This document shows positions 1 through 13,600 of a DNA stretch of 64,000 bases, in pieces (the first letter of the stretch is position 1; every line of letters starts with the position of its first letter). Below the pieces are notes generated by a model that saw only the letters and a program-made list of their open reading frames with translations, made no database searches and was not told where the DNA came from. Source of the stretch: Leucoraja ocellata (Eukaryota); the NCBI GenBank assembly GCA_036785375.1, contig JAWMAR010000002.1, positions 18,166,001-18,230,000 on the forward strand, read 5' to 3'. A program made the position numbers and the translations under genes.

Positions 1-984
1 ACGACAGCAAATTGTCAACATATCAATAGTAACACAATCTTCTGACTGCTAAATTAAAGTCACTGAACAGTTTAAACAAGGAAACTCAATTAGATCATAC
101 AGTTAGCAATATATTGTTGCCAAGTTTATTAGGAGGTTATGGTATTAGCCTCGTGCTTAGAAAAAATAGTTAAATAGTATGCATACACTGTGAGAAGATT
201 CAGTTTATGTAGAAACTCCCTTCCCTCACAACATTTTCTGCTCAAAAAGGTGCAGAGAATTAAAGAGTATGAAATTGATTACAATATTGCAGTATTTAAT
301 TTAGATCAGATTTTCATCAGATGTACAAAATATACAACATAATTTTTTCTGTTAGTTTACTCAAGCTATGTATATTAGATACAGCATATATATCCTTAGA
401 AAAAATTTCCTCCCAGAGTTCTACTCCCATGTATTCCTACAGCGCATTGAACATCCATGTCTGCCAATGACAGTTTCAGAAGGTTATTCTCAGCAACAAA
501 GTCCTGCACAGATGTTAAATTAACTGATCTTTACATGACCTAGCTCATACTTGCAAGGGTGATATTGGTGAGGAGCTTTAAACATACACTGATAAAAAGT
601 AAATCAAATAACTAAGAGAAATGACTGAAAGAAGTTTAATCGCAGACAGTTCGTGTTCACTAAAACACCACACAGTTCACTAAAAATAAACTTTCACAAA
701 GCTTTACATTTCTTCAGAGTGATCATTCTATGAAAGGCTATTGAAGTACTTGATGTCACAGTTCTTCAAATACATTTTAGATAAATTTCCACAAGATGAA
801 GCAGTGATTACAAGATAAAACTAATTATTTCAGAAAATAATTAATGGGTTTGGGTCTCTTGGTGTTTGCCTCTAGGGAAAGCTGACGAGCATTTTTTTTC
901 CAATTTCGGGGATTATTGAACTGGCTCATGGTCATTTTACATGGCAGTAGGGGGTTGCAGTTTATAGAATCATATATTGTCACT

Positions 985-1250
985 CAATGCTCAATGGTTC
1001 AAGTTCTCCTTCAGGTGCTCGAGCATAAAATCTAGACAAAAGTGTGAGTGCTGTACTGCATGAGAACTGCACTGTTGAGATATCATCTTTCAGGCAAGTT
1101 ATAAAATCCCAGCTTCATCTGTGATCTGTGACAGATGTATAATTCTTGTTATTTCGGGGAAATCAGATTATTAATCCCTCAACATATGTTACTGAACCTA
1201 TTTGACTATCATCATTTTCTGTTTATTAATACCTTGCTGTATAACAATGA
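985..1250 (+). mobile_element. Ancient Deu-domain SINE (SacSINE1/AmnSINE1-like), degraded
   Basis: ggttcaagttctcc...gagcataaaatctag...gtgctgtactgcatgagaactgcactgttgagatatcatctttcagg...ttaatccctcaac follows the remembered Deu-domain consensus in order. Confidence 0.55.
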
Positions 1251-3515
1251 TATTATTGATGGAAACCTTTTTGTAACATGTGGCTTTTGTTGTTTAAAAA
1301 TATATTTTTTAAATCCAAAAAGAACCTAGGGCAAGTTCAAAAGAGTCTAATTACTTTGGTAATGCAGAGTAATAAATTTTAAATAGAATTGGTTACCCAT
1401 GATGATCGTTATGGCAGATGACCCTTTACCACAAAACCGTGTGGAGGTCAAAAGGAAAGCTCTCAAGAATAAATGGCAAAGACCCTCATAAGCCAAAGCC
1501 TTATACAATCTTGGTTGTTTCAAATAACTCAACTTCACTTAACATTACATCAACTAAGAATTGTCAGTTGTGTTTGAAATGTCTGGTAATCACCTTTTTT
1601 GCCTTAAGCTTAGTTAAAGACAACAAAAGTGCAGTTTCAATTCCAGCCTGTCATAATCTAGTTTACACTACATTGTTCATTTCTGGTTCAAACTTCAATT
1701 TCACTATGTACATCGGTAATTTAGAATTCTATACCAATAATTAGGAATTACTGCTCATTCCTCAGCATATTCATAAACTTTTCTCCGTTCAGGTTTAACA
1801 AAAGGTTCACTCAAACAAAAGTGATGCATTCTTTTTTTTTTAAATATTAAAAGTCAAGGTATCTGTTCCAACCTGTCTGAAAATTTCCTTTCAATTAATA
1901 AAAGAAATAATCTATCATGACAATTAGAGTGTTCATTTAAATAGTAATCAGACAGCAGATTTAATGTGTTGCAGTTACAAAACCAAATTATTTCTTCAAA
2001 CTGTTTCACTTGACAGTCTCATTCCAAAATTGTCCTTCCAATCCCCAGTGCCCATTGTACAAATTTATGAATTTTCTCTTCTCTTATTCTTTTCTTTAAA
2101 AACTGTCCTGCACATAATTAGAAATTTAACACCGCAGAACACTGCCTATTACACTGTAATTCTTTGTTCTTCCTTAACTGCAAATTGAGTGATGCTACAT
2201 TAATTTTTAGGTACAAGTAATATCAAAAGTAAAAGGAGGGGTGGGGGAGGTGAGAAATCCATCTATGGCTATATGCAGATTATTCAGCTGTCTCTGACTA
2301 AATGCTAAATGAAATATCTCTGCTCTAATCGACATTGTACTCTCGAAAGGCTCGGCTGAATAGAAAAACCCAGCTCAATTACGCAGGACCCACTGGTGTA
2401 ACTACTGCTGAATTCTTAATACACCAGGCTCCAGAAAAATGTTATTCTTACACTGTATTCTATAGAGTGAAAATCTGATAGCACATTTCTGAAACAGAAA
2501 GATATTGTAACTCTGGACCAGCTGTAAACTAATGATCACAGAATAGTTATGTGAAGGACAACTGAAACAAAACTTTTTGAATACTTCTAAAAATCACTAC
2601 TTTGTGTCTTTCTTTCTGAAGAAAGAAAATCGGATACAAATTTTGAACAGAAATACATTTTCCGTTAGTGCAATACGAAAAGGAAGTCCTCTCCAGAAAG
2701 AGCACTCACGCTATATTTCAGATTTTCTTGACTCTGTTCATTTACATGGAACAATTGAAAGGCAGCTGTTCAATTTTTAAAGAAAATTCATATATTGCAG
2801 GTTCAGTGAACCTCAAATATGGAAGGGGCTGATCTACACATTGCAGGTGTAATTTCCTAAAGCATCCTCAGAAGACACTGGCATGTGATATATACCAAAA
2901 CAATCCAAATATGACTGAGCTCTCACTGCCACATTGAGTTTACATTAAAGGGGAGTTGTCAGTATTTAATTTTAACCTTTTTAAGATCTATGTATAAATC
3001 CTGTTCAGTCAACAATAGCAAAGCTTTTTTGTACTTGAAATGTGTCAGCAGACCTTTGGATTCTGACGACAGATAAGCTCTGGCCTGTCATTTCAGCTTT
3101 CTCTTTGGTGCTCATTGAGAAATAATTCTTGAAGACCTAATTTTCTTGTTAACCAACCCTCTCCATTCAGAATGAAATTATTCTAAAGATGGATCTTTCA
3201 AATCACGGATCACATACTATACAACTATAATGATGCCGATGAACAACAGCATTTAATCATCTAATAATTCACGCACAAACTTAACGTTAAGAAGATGGTG
3301 AACGTGAATTAGTTTCAAGCAGCATTGGCAAATAGCATCAACTCGGCTCTTGAAATTTTAGATATAATCAGAATCATCACTTAACAACTCTTAGTTTTCA
3401 GATATAGTTCTTGCACAGGCAAAATGCTTCTACCACAGTTGAGTAGATACATATGAGCTTATCTGACCCAATTGCAATAAAAATGAAATTGCCAGCTCCA
3501 CGATAAAGCCAAGAG

Positions 3516-4335
3516 TGAAATAATAAAGGAGACAAAAGTGACAACAGATACTTGAATCAAGAGCAAAACACAAACTACTGGAGGTACTCAACAGATGAGG
3601 AGGCATCTGTGAGGGGAAATGAAGAGACAACGTTTTGGGTTGTGGCCCACTTCAGACTGGTGGAGTAGATGGGAGATAGCTGAGAGAAAGAGGCGAGAAG
3701 AAGGGGTGAAGCATGAATTGCCAAGTGACAGATGGAGGGGTGATTGGCAGATGAGTCAGATATGGTGGGGAAGGGGGTGGAAAGAAGAGTGAGGACGATA
3801 ACCAAGATGTAGACACAAGAAATGGCAGATGCTGGATTATTGAGAAAAACACACACATTGGACGAACTAAACAGGTCTTGCAGCATCTGTGGAATGAATG
3901 GGCTGGCAATGTTTCCGGTCGTAACCCTTCTTCAGACTCAAGGTTGGAGGTGATGTGGAGAAGACAAAAAAGGTGCAAATATTGAAGTCTGCTAAGAAAG
4001 GAAGGTGGGGAATGAAATGTAGAACCAGAGAGGGGAATGGTGGGTAGAAGGAATTGTCGGGGTGGAGTGACCTGGAGTTGGGAGGGGTGGATGATTAATG
4101 GATGGGACATGGAGGAGGCAAAAGGAACTGGGTGATGGGCAGTAAGGGGTCTGGAATGGAAGGGGTTGCGGGAGGAGGGAGTGGGCGAGTGCCGGGTAAA
4201 CATGAAGGAGGAGACAGTTTTCCGGAGATTGGAAAATCAATCTGAAGAATGAGCCCCACCCAAAATGCAGCCTGCCCATTTCCCTCTATAAATGCTACCT
4301 GACCAGATAAATTCCTTCAGCAATTTGTTTTTTTG
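3516..4335. mobile_element. Penelope-like element remnants (terminal repeats in both orientations flanking purine-rich 3' regions)
   Basis: Repeated ...gcagcatctgtgg...gtttccggtcgtaacccttcttcagac termini (-) and tctgaagaatg...atgctacctgacc (+). The 3998-4040 segment is homologous to 49732-49770. Confidence 0.7.
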
Positions 4336-4373
4336 CTCAGGGAACGAACAAAGGCAGGTTTAACTTTACTTAC

Positions 4374-4413
4374 CTGACACCCTTAACGCATAATACTTCC
4401 AGGAATACAATGT
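4374..4413 (-). CDS. RNF220: Candidate alternative 40-bp RNF220 exon (TLYSWKYYALRVS), same phases as exon 26808-26850
   Basis: cttctaat (branch-like)...ttgttttAG|ACA TTG TAT TCC TGG AAG TAT TAT GCG TTA AGG GTG TCA G|GTAAGT; open in phase 0->1. No homology support recalled. Confidence 0.45.
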
Positions 4414-7400
4414 CTAAAACAATTATGACTGAATTAATTAGAAGTGATTACACTATCATCATTAATTAATTATCTGGTAATCACACTCCTGTGTACTTTA
4501 AGATCTGGGTTGCACTGACAGAATCTAGCCCCAATCGGTCGGTGCCTGTCGGTGAGGTAGGCTATTTATTCAGACTGATTCATCGTGATGTTTCTGGTTC
4601 ACATAACATTGTAAACTACATCAAAATACCACATTGTTAACCCCTCTATACGTCTATGGAGGCACTTGAGCATTGTTGCCTAAGATAACAGAAGGAAAAG
4701 TACAATTTCCTTTTCGCAACAGGGTATGTTCTGAACAAAGACTAATTTTTTTTTCTGCTTTTAAGTGACCTCATTGTATATTATTGACACAGATTAGACT
4801 TGCAATTCTCTCTCTATTATTTTCCGTTGCAAACTTGAACATCATACATCATCTTCCAAACAGGAAAAATCCAAAATGCAGAATATTTTTTCCCCCCAAT
4901 CATAGTTTTCTTCCTGGTTAGAATTTGATTCTTACAGGAGATGAGGAATATTATTTATGCATCTTGCTGCAATGACATAAGGGAGTCACAATGAGTCAAA
5001 AAGTTCCAAGCCCTGCCATATTTGCAATTTAATCTTTCTTGCAGTTACCACTTTTTTTAAATCACTTTTTACAGAAATGTAGTTTCATATCTTACATACC
5101 CAACAAATATTCTGAACATTCTGCATGAATCAGCTTATATTTCCTCAACTGAAGACGTTGAGTAAAACTACAGAAGAGAAATTACTAAAAATCTGTCAGA
5201 TTTTTAAAAAGTTGCAAAGTCTGTTTTTTTTTTCCTGGCAGAGAGCACGTTGCCCACTTTAGTGCCAGCATTTATCTGTGGTGTCAGGTGCACATCAAAA
5301 CTCAGTTGGCATACTACTCTTAACAAACCTGCAGCATTTTGTCCGCTTATCAGTATATATCACACAAGTAAATTTGCATTCTGCCATGTAATTCGATATT
5401 GAATTTTTCAGATAGGCTAATGTTACTGTTTATGGAGGAGCAGGGCGGCTACTAAATTTCTACATTTCACTTCCCTAACGTTGTGGCCAAAATCTGCTGC
5501 AATTTACTCTTTTAATAATGGCATCACATCTCTCTAATATTGATTTTCAAAATGCATGTTTTCAGAAGCGTCAGAAAACAGTTGCAAGTGAATAATAGTA
5601 TTGTGTGCGGCAATGTGATTTTTAGGGAACCTACAATAAACGTCAAATAGCAGCCAATTCACATTCTAGTTTTAATATATGCAGAAGAGCATAAAATTAA
5701 AATTCTGACTGTCACGGTCTGATTAATTTCTCACTGAAGAGCATTTTGCCACATCATCACATCAATGAGTTGTGACAAGTATAGGAACTATTTTATCACA
5801 TGTCTTCAAATTTTAAATTAGCCATTTTACTAAACTATTTAGAATCTCAACAAAATTAAAATTAAATCCAAAAAAATAGATTTGATACTCCTGCTTCTAT
5901 CTAATGATTTCTACCCCGCATTTCAATGAAGTTAGTAAATTGATGTCCAAGTGGTTTAATTCCTACTGGAATTAAACCACAATCTGCCAATATAAAGGAC
6001 ACAAATATGAAGGGCATAAAGCTACTGCCATTAAGTTCCCATGCTGTTCCAACTTTAATCATAAATCTTCGTGAACACTCTTTTAAAAACAAGAGGCAGT
6101 GCCAGACAGACGGCTTCCTTCAGATTTTATTTTATGAATGTTATCTACCTTCAGAACCAATATAGTTTACCAATAAATCTGGTGAATTAACCTTCTAGAT
6201 TTTGCAATAGGCCATGACAATAATAAATCAGGTAGGCTCCATTGCACTTATACAGTTATCATTTAATGTCAGCTTTATGATGATATAATTCGGGATGGAA
6301 GCCAAGATTGGTTATAGCAACTGAAGTGACAATTTGATTCCAAATTAACCACTTTGTTCAAACTATATTTGGCTATCTGAAGATCAAGATCTCTAATTGA
6401 AAGAAATCCCTGAAAGTGAATTATATGTTCATCGGGTCAATTGTAGAATCGCCACATGGCTTACAAACAGAATTCAGACTATAATGGATGGCGGCAGCAA
6501 AAGGTGAAGGGAAAAGTCAGCAGCTGTGAATGTTCCATAAGCTCATCTCTCACGCCCACAGAAAGCACTCTAAAGTTCTGTGATCAGCTCGGGAAGTGAC
6601 CCCGGTGCAAGAAAGGGGAGGGGTGGCTGCCCTAGGTAATGGATGGGTCGTTTGCGAATAGTTGCAGGTCGTGCTGTGGCTACAAGCACAGTAGCAGCTG
6701 GGTTAGCGAGTAAATCTAATGCAGCCTGCAGCACTGGACAGAAGTAACACTCCAGATCAACTCCTGCTTCATTAGTCCAGTGCAGGTAATTCCTTTATGC
6801 GCAGGGTGTGTTATGATCTGCACTTCAATATTTGTCAAGATGATCGAAACAAAATTCAGAATCAGGGGTCTTGAAAGGGAACTAGTTAAGTACTTGAGGC
6901 ACCGCAATAAAGAGCAAGGGAATGGAAATGACTGCATTGTTCTACAAGAGCCAATACCACCACAATAGACTGAATGGTCTCCTACACTGCTTTAACTAAT
7001 TCATGATTCTACTGGGTTAAGAATTAGAATTTATGGTATGGCTTGTCCAAATAATAAATTCCATTGGATACATTACCTGTACTTTTCTAATACCTACAGC
7101 ATTCCATTATTGCTATCTCATGTCCATGTACACCAATCGTACAGTTTTGATTTTGAGACTGCCACAAGAAATCTTATTGTATTGAACAAGCTTATTCTAT
7201 TGAATGCCTTATTGGAAAATTTGGACTACATGTGCAAAGTGCTTTTTAACTTAACGTCAATGCTAAACATATTGTATAGTATGTTAATCTTTATCAGTTA
7301 GGAATTTTCACAGGGAATTTAATCTTATCTAGGCTAATTCACATTTGTGGTAAGTGCATTTTTAAATATCAAAATTAAACTGGGTTTTCTTATCATCTTA

Positions 7401-10400
7401 AAACGGAACAGTACCTTAAATGCTCAAAATGTGAATTCTAGAGGATAAAAAACTAATATATACCACCAAAAATGAAACAGCTCATCAATTTTTAAACAAC
7501 ATGTATGCATTTTGGAGACAATGTTCAGCAATCCCATGTGAAAGACACCGTTGCATTTAATTGGATAAATTCTGATTAGGGTCAAGTTAATAGTCACAAC
7601 AGAGATTCCATATTGACACACCTGACTGAACACAGAAAATGGCCTTTTAATATGCAAAATATACAGACTGACAAAGTCACTTTGCCTTCATATGGAGGAT
7701 AAGAAGTCTCATCTGCTAATCTCTCTGGAACAAGTAAGGGAAGTTAACACCACATGTATAGAAATACTATGACAGAAAGGGCACAGTGAAAAATCATGAT
7801 GGTGAAAGGCTACATGTGCACCATTTGCCAGAGCTTTGTTTGCAAACAGCTCTGCTGATGCAATTAGCTACTGGGCATTTAAAAGGGAAAAAAACTTAAT
7901 GAGGCTCAACCATATCACGTGCAGTGTTTAGTTACAAAAGCATTAACAAAAACCTCAGTTTAAACACACACAGGCTAAACTCAAGAAAAGGAAGATCAAC
8001 TTGGAATCATCACATCATCTCTCAGATCTCTCACCATATCTGCACTGTGGGTTTCTGTTTACTTTTGATATACAACAATATCTCATTCAAATGCGTAATT
8101 CAGATTCTGTAATTAATATTCCACAGGAACATTTGTTATATTTAAAATATACTAAAATGCAAACTTTAAGTGCAAAATTGTAGAAGACTTGCATATAAAC
8201 TAGAAAAATGGAACCAAGGTAGATAGTTCTTAGCTTTAAGAGTTTGGTGCTCCTCTTCAGTTAGCAGATACACAATGAATGGTTTTCTCCTGTACCACTT
8301 GCTTCTACAGCTCCACGATGATTCATTTGCAGTGTACAAAAGTTACATTTTGGCTGCCTGGAGACATTCATGATGGACAGCTAGATGTGATATTAACCAG
8401 TGGGGTACACAAAGGACCCAATTTCAGTACAGAATCAGTGGTGTGTCATTCCCCGAAGCTCTTTTCAGTGTTTTTCCACTGCATTGCTTCACTTTATCCC
8501 CCAACAAACACCCTATTGGAGTGGAGCCTGGGAGAGAACACTGAGTGATTTCCTCACGATGGATATAGGCAATGTTGCAGAGACACCATTCTAGTGCTTT
8601 TGCTGTGTAGTCATATGTGAGATGCTGGAAGATGCGGCAACCTAATTTGCCCTACTAAATGTAATGAAAGACAATAATTTTTAGAAATTTTGATTAGCAG
8701 ATAAGTATTAGTACAAAGGAGAATTTCCCATCAACTTGTGGATTTGGCTTAGTGGTTACACTTCTTCCTTCCAGTTGAAGCATAAATTTATGGATGTGTA
8801 CATAATCAAGGGAGACATTAAACTGAAAAGATTGCAGCTACCATCTTTCAGATAAAATGGCAAACTGAGACCCTCTTAATGTTCTACAGTAGTCTTGAAA
8901 GGTGGAACAGTTGTAAAGAGTTCCCACTCCACATTTAAAAACTATTCTGCCAAGTATAGCCCAGTTTTTACTTGCAGGTCTAAAATCAATACCTTATTTT
9001 TTTAATTTTCAGTCGAAATAATTTGTATTTTTCAGGTGGGTATTATTTTGCTGAGGACCCTTGCCTGAAAATGCCAATAGAATATTGTTGCATTTGATCT
9101 TGGGAAGAGGGACTAAGATAATAAGATAACAGTTTCCAGGATTCCGAATAAAGAAAGTGGCCAATACAGGACCATGCTCTGTAACTATAAAACAGATCAA
9201 ATTAAGAGCTTATTTTAAAGAATGCATTAATCATCAGCCAAAGTAATGACCAGAATTTGACCTAAATACCACTTCATATGTATGGCTGAAGTACATTATT
9301 TTGGCATTTACTAACTGACAGTATTAGTCTTGCAAACTGGTCCAACTTAGTTCACTGATATTTTCATCACTGTTCACCAATGGAACAAATTACTTTAAAA
9401 AAAATCAATAGGCAGTGATGCATTAATCATCAGGAACCTTTTTAATATTTGAAAATAAATCCAAACAAATTCTCACATCGAGAATGAAACAGATCAATTC
9501 GAAGTGAAACTCTAACATATACCTCAAAGCAATAAGAGTACCCACCATTCCATACAATAAAGCATTATTTCTCAGGTATACTACAATTTAATGTAACCAA
9601 TTCCTCTGCTATGTAGTGCTAATGAAGGCAAAGGCTGCAGCAAATTATAAATGAATTAACATAATAGCAAATGTTTTCTGCATATCAGGTTTTTCCAAAC
9701 GGTCTACTGCAACACAGCTAATGTAACAAAATGCCTTTTTTACTCAGCTGTAAGCCAACCCCACAAGTTTCATGTCCTTGCCAGCAACCCTACCATTTTA
9801 CTGACCCTCCCTATGGTTACCCAGAAATACTGCAAAGCAGTTCCCCATTTGCAAAACATTAAGAATATCCATTCGTCTCAGGGGATATCTGCACAAACAA
9901 ACTGACGTACCCTTTGTGGTTAATTAGGAAATGTGTTATTGATACGAACCCAAAGGAATGACAAGATGCAGACAGAATCGTGTCAATTGACATATTGTAG
10001 ATGGTAAGAAGGTTGCTCTCATCAACCTTGTAGCCCTTGAGTCACAAGATGTAATTGGGGTGAGCCAAATTGTGAAAATTGGTTATAAAATGCTGAAAGG
10101 CATTGATGATTTAACAGTCGACACATTGTATGCATCAAGATAGTGACTAGATATTCAGACATTTAAACTCCAACTTTTACAATGCAGATCTGTTGCAAAT
10201 ATTTCTGTGACACGAACCAAGGAAGAGTCATCTGCCTGGGCTTTTCTTCCTTTTTCTCTGGTGAGCAACTAGGCTTGTGCCCAGGACATCTCCATTACTA
10301 TACAATGAAGGGCAGCAAACTAACAGCATTGGAACCAACCCAACACAGTATTCAATTCTGCCATACACCATGCAAAAATAAGCCAACAGTCAGCTGTGCT

Positions 10401-11248
10401 TCAATAACAGGATTCTCACATCTAAAGACCATTGATTCTATTAATCTCAAAATTCTCACTATATATCAGAAGAGTTGAGCTTTGAATTAAAATATATGCC
10501 TATCAGGCTATTCAGATGGGTGTAAACGATACCAACTCACGACTCAAAGAGCAGGGAATCAGTGTAATTGTCTGTCCAGTATTAACTCTGCACCATCACC
10601 AATAAAACAACCTGGCTGTTTTTTCCCCGCAAGGCAACACCAAAAACACTTCAAAAGTATTTAATCCATTATAGAACACAAGAAAAGGTTCAATGTCAAT
10701 ACTATGCATTGCTTCCTTTCAATGTGACAATGTTAAAGGGATAGAAATGGAAAAGTCTGGATATCTGCACGTTTTGGTTCATAAGATTCTTAAAACTTAA
10801 TGCCTTTAAAAGTATGTGAAATCAGATCCTGATCCGTGGTATTAATATTTTACAAAAAGTATAAATGACAGTGGCAATAGAGTGTTAAATCCTTCTTTGG
10901 TATGTTATTGACCCTACTGTCCTGCAACTGAGAGACAAGGGGCCTCAACACATTCCATACTGTAGCTCACAATGCACTGAGGTATAATTGCATGCTTTGA
11001 ACTTTACTAAAGTGAACTGATACCAGGCAAAAAATAAATCATATATAACTGAATTTATGGAAAGGTGAGTTAGGGCAGCAGTTGTTGTGACTTTCACTTT
11101 TTTCTTTTCATCCTCTTCCTAGGTAGTCCCTTGGGATCAAAGAGATTTGCTCCATTCCGGTTCAATCGATTTAGAGGCGGCTAATTAGACCAATTAAGAA
11201 CTAGAATTTTCTGTCACAGGTTGGGAGATGGTGCATCCTTTCTGAATA

Positions 11249-11345
11249 TCTGAAGAAGGGTCCCGACCCATAACGTTACCAATCCTTTTTATTTCCCCAA
11301 AATGCTGCATGGCCCACTTAGTTACTCCAGTACTTTGTGTCCATC
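11249..11345 (+). mobile_element. Penelope terminal repeat fragment
   Basis: ctgaagaagggtcccgacccataacgttacc...atgctgcatggcccacttagttactccagtactttgtgtc. Confidence 0.7.
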
Positions 11346-11359
11346 ATTCTTTCCAAGGT

Positions 11360-11615
11360 TTACTATGGCTTTACCGTACATGCCCAAGAAATGGATTGGA
11401 AATTTTCAATGCCATTCCAAATTTTCCTTCACTATTTTGTGTGACCGTTGGGCAGGAATTCCCACATATCAATGGAGATATTACACTTTCACAGGAGGCT
11501 TTGGGAACAAACGTAAATCTCCCCCCCCCCCCCCCCCCCCCCACCATGAGATAACTCAAGAGTATCTTTTTCAGGAGTCTGGTGTCAGACATGCGGACAA
11601 TATGGCTGGCCTTCA
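11360..11615 (-). mobile_element. RTE-clade LINE 3' ORF remnant
   Basis: Minus frame SHIVRMSDTRLLKKILLSYL resembles the RTE C-terminal motif WAGHV.RM...RLPK.....EL; interrupted by a C22 tract. Confidence 0.55.
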
Positions 11616-12089
11616 AAGCCAAAGTAGAGATGCAGCCTTTGTTTGTTTATCCTGCCAATGGATGTCTAAGTTTCAGCACAAACAGTTTTGGTGGTATTTC
11701 ACCAATGCTGAGGAGGCTGCCACAGGTAGCTCATGTCTCAGATGTGTGTTGGAGGGCTGAGAGCTCCAATGCCCAGAAGACCTGCTGGATATGAGGTCTT
11801 GAACTTAAAGCATGGCTTTCCCCAGATGGCAAAGGCTGTGCTGATACACTAAAGGCACTGGCAGCCTCATCTTTGATGGCAACCTTTCATTGAGACATGG
11901 CACCATCAAAAGTCACATTTTTCAAGATCAAATTATAGATCTTTATTATTAGAGGGTAGCATGGTAGAACTGGAAAAATGTAGTATTTTAAGTTAGAGAG
12001 GGGAATAGATAGAGGAAAAAAGTGAATGTGGCACAGTCCAAACCTTCAAGGTAATAATCACATTAAAAAAAATAACAGCTACAGCGAGA

Positions 12090-12300
12090 GATATAGAAGT
12101 GTGATTTTCTGCTATTCCATAGTAAGCCTTGAGAGCTGTAATGTGCCCAGATGAAAGATGAGATGCTGTTTTGTGAGCTTACATTTGGACAATAGTCAGA
12201 GCAATTGGAACCCAAAGACAGAATGAGAAAAGGATAGAGGTAAAGTGGCAGATGACTAAAAGCACAGGGTCACCTTTGCATACTGCACTAAGATATTCTT
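12090..12300 (-). mobile_element. Old Penelope GIY-YIG C-terminal remnant
   Basis: Minus frame CKLTKQHLIFHLGTLQ resembles the Penelope motif EQHLIFRLGTLQP. Confidence 0.5.
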
Positions 12301-12600
12301 CGAAATCTTTGGTTTGGATGTTGTTGAAATTCAAGTATTGTTGAAGCTATACTCGACGAGCTAGTAAAGGAAATTCAATCATAGATTTGTACCTTGTAGA
12401 TTGTGGAGAGCTGTGCAATTAGTTACTTTACAAAGATCAACTCCGGCAGACATGGCATTTAGCTGACATCCTGTTAAGCAAACAGCACAATGGCAAATAA
12501 TCAACCATTTTCCTCACAGCGCCAGAGGCCCAGATTCAATTCTGACCTCAGGAGTGGAGTTTGCTTGTTCTCTATGTGAACATCTTTTAGGGTTTTTTTA

Positions 12601-13600
12601 AGTATAGAGATACTGCACGGAAACAGGCCCTTCGGACCACCAAGTCCGAGCCGAGCAGCGGTTCCCATACACTGGCACTATCCTACACACTAGGGACAAT
12701 TTACAATTTTTACCTAAGACAATTAACCTACAAACCTGTAGGTCTTTGGAGTGTGGAAAGAAACCAGCGCCAGGAGAAAACCCACCCAGTCACGGAGAGA
12801 ACATACAAACTCCCACAGACAGCACCCTTAGTCAGGATCGAGCCAGAGTGTCTGACGCTATAATGGGCCTGTCCCACTTAGGCGATTTTTCAGGCGACTG
12901 CCAAGTTGCCGGCAGTCGCCTGAAAAACCGGCAACTGGAATGGCCACTGTCAGAGTGGAACACACGCACACACACATCGCTTCCTTCACCAGCCCGTTAT
13001 GTTAGTGGGAGACAGGGTAAGTGGGGGGAGCACTGTCTGAATGAAATTCACACAGTGCAAAGCAAATGCGATACAAACACACACCGCAATGAACAGGAAG
13101 GTTGGTGCTGTAATTAAGATGGCAAAATCAGTGTACGGCAAGTCCTTTAAAAGAGGGGGGAGACAACTTTTAAGAAGGCAGAGATACACGGCTGTGAAGC
13201 TCGGCGGACATTTGACATTACCGGTCGGTTATCCTTGGTTCTGAAAACTACTGCTTAGGTTTTTTTTCCCCCAATGAGCCAATGAAATTCACTGGTCAGC
13301 ACTGGCTAAGAGAACCTTTGACCTCCTGGCAACCCATTAGGACATCCTGGCGACCCACCTACGGCACGGGAATTCTCGCTACTCTCCATGGCGGCTTCAT
13401 TCTAGTTGCCACTAATTTTTCAGCATGTTGAAATATTTGCGGCGACTATAATGAGGCCGCGACTAGTTCCCAGAATGCAGGAACTCCTCACGACCATGAA
13501 GGCGACTCCCCGGCAACCACTCGCAAACATGTCTCCTTCAGTCGCCTGAGTGGGACAGGCCCATAAGGCAGTAACTCTACCGCTGCTCCATGGTGCTACC
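12601..13600 (-). mobile_element. HE1-type V-SINE interrupted by a Harbinger MITE
   Basis: Tail agagatactgcacggaaacaggcccttcgg, body to ...gacgctataa (12863), resuming at taaggcagtaactctaccgctgc (13564). Confidence 0.85.
12864..13563. mobile_element. PIF/Harbinger-type non-autonomous DNA transposon (700 bp)
   Basis: 22-bp TIRs TGGGCCTGTCCCACT(T/C)AGGCGA with one mismatch; TAA target duplication at 12861-12863 and 13564-13566. Confidence 0.9.

Noticed and set aside
3430-4279. Pro/Ser/His-rich minus-strand ORFs (also 49469-49999)
   Set aside because: Low-complexity translation of the Penelope purine-rich 3' region.
6480-6720. GC-richer segment of unknown origin (similarly 31180-31560)
   Set aside because: Probably ancient repeat remnants; I could not assign a family, ends or function from sequence alone.
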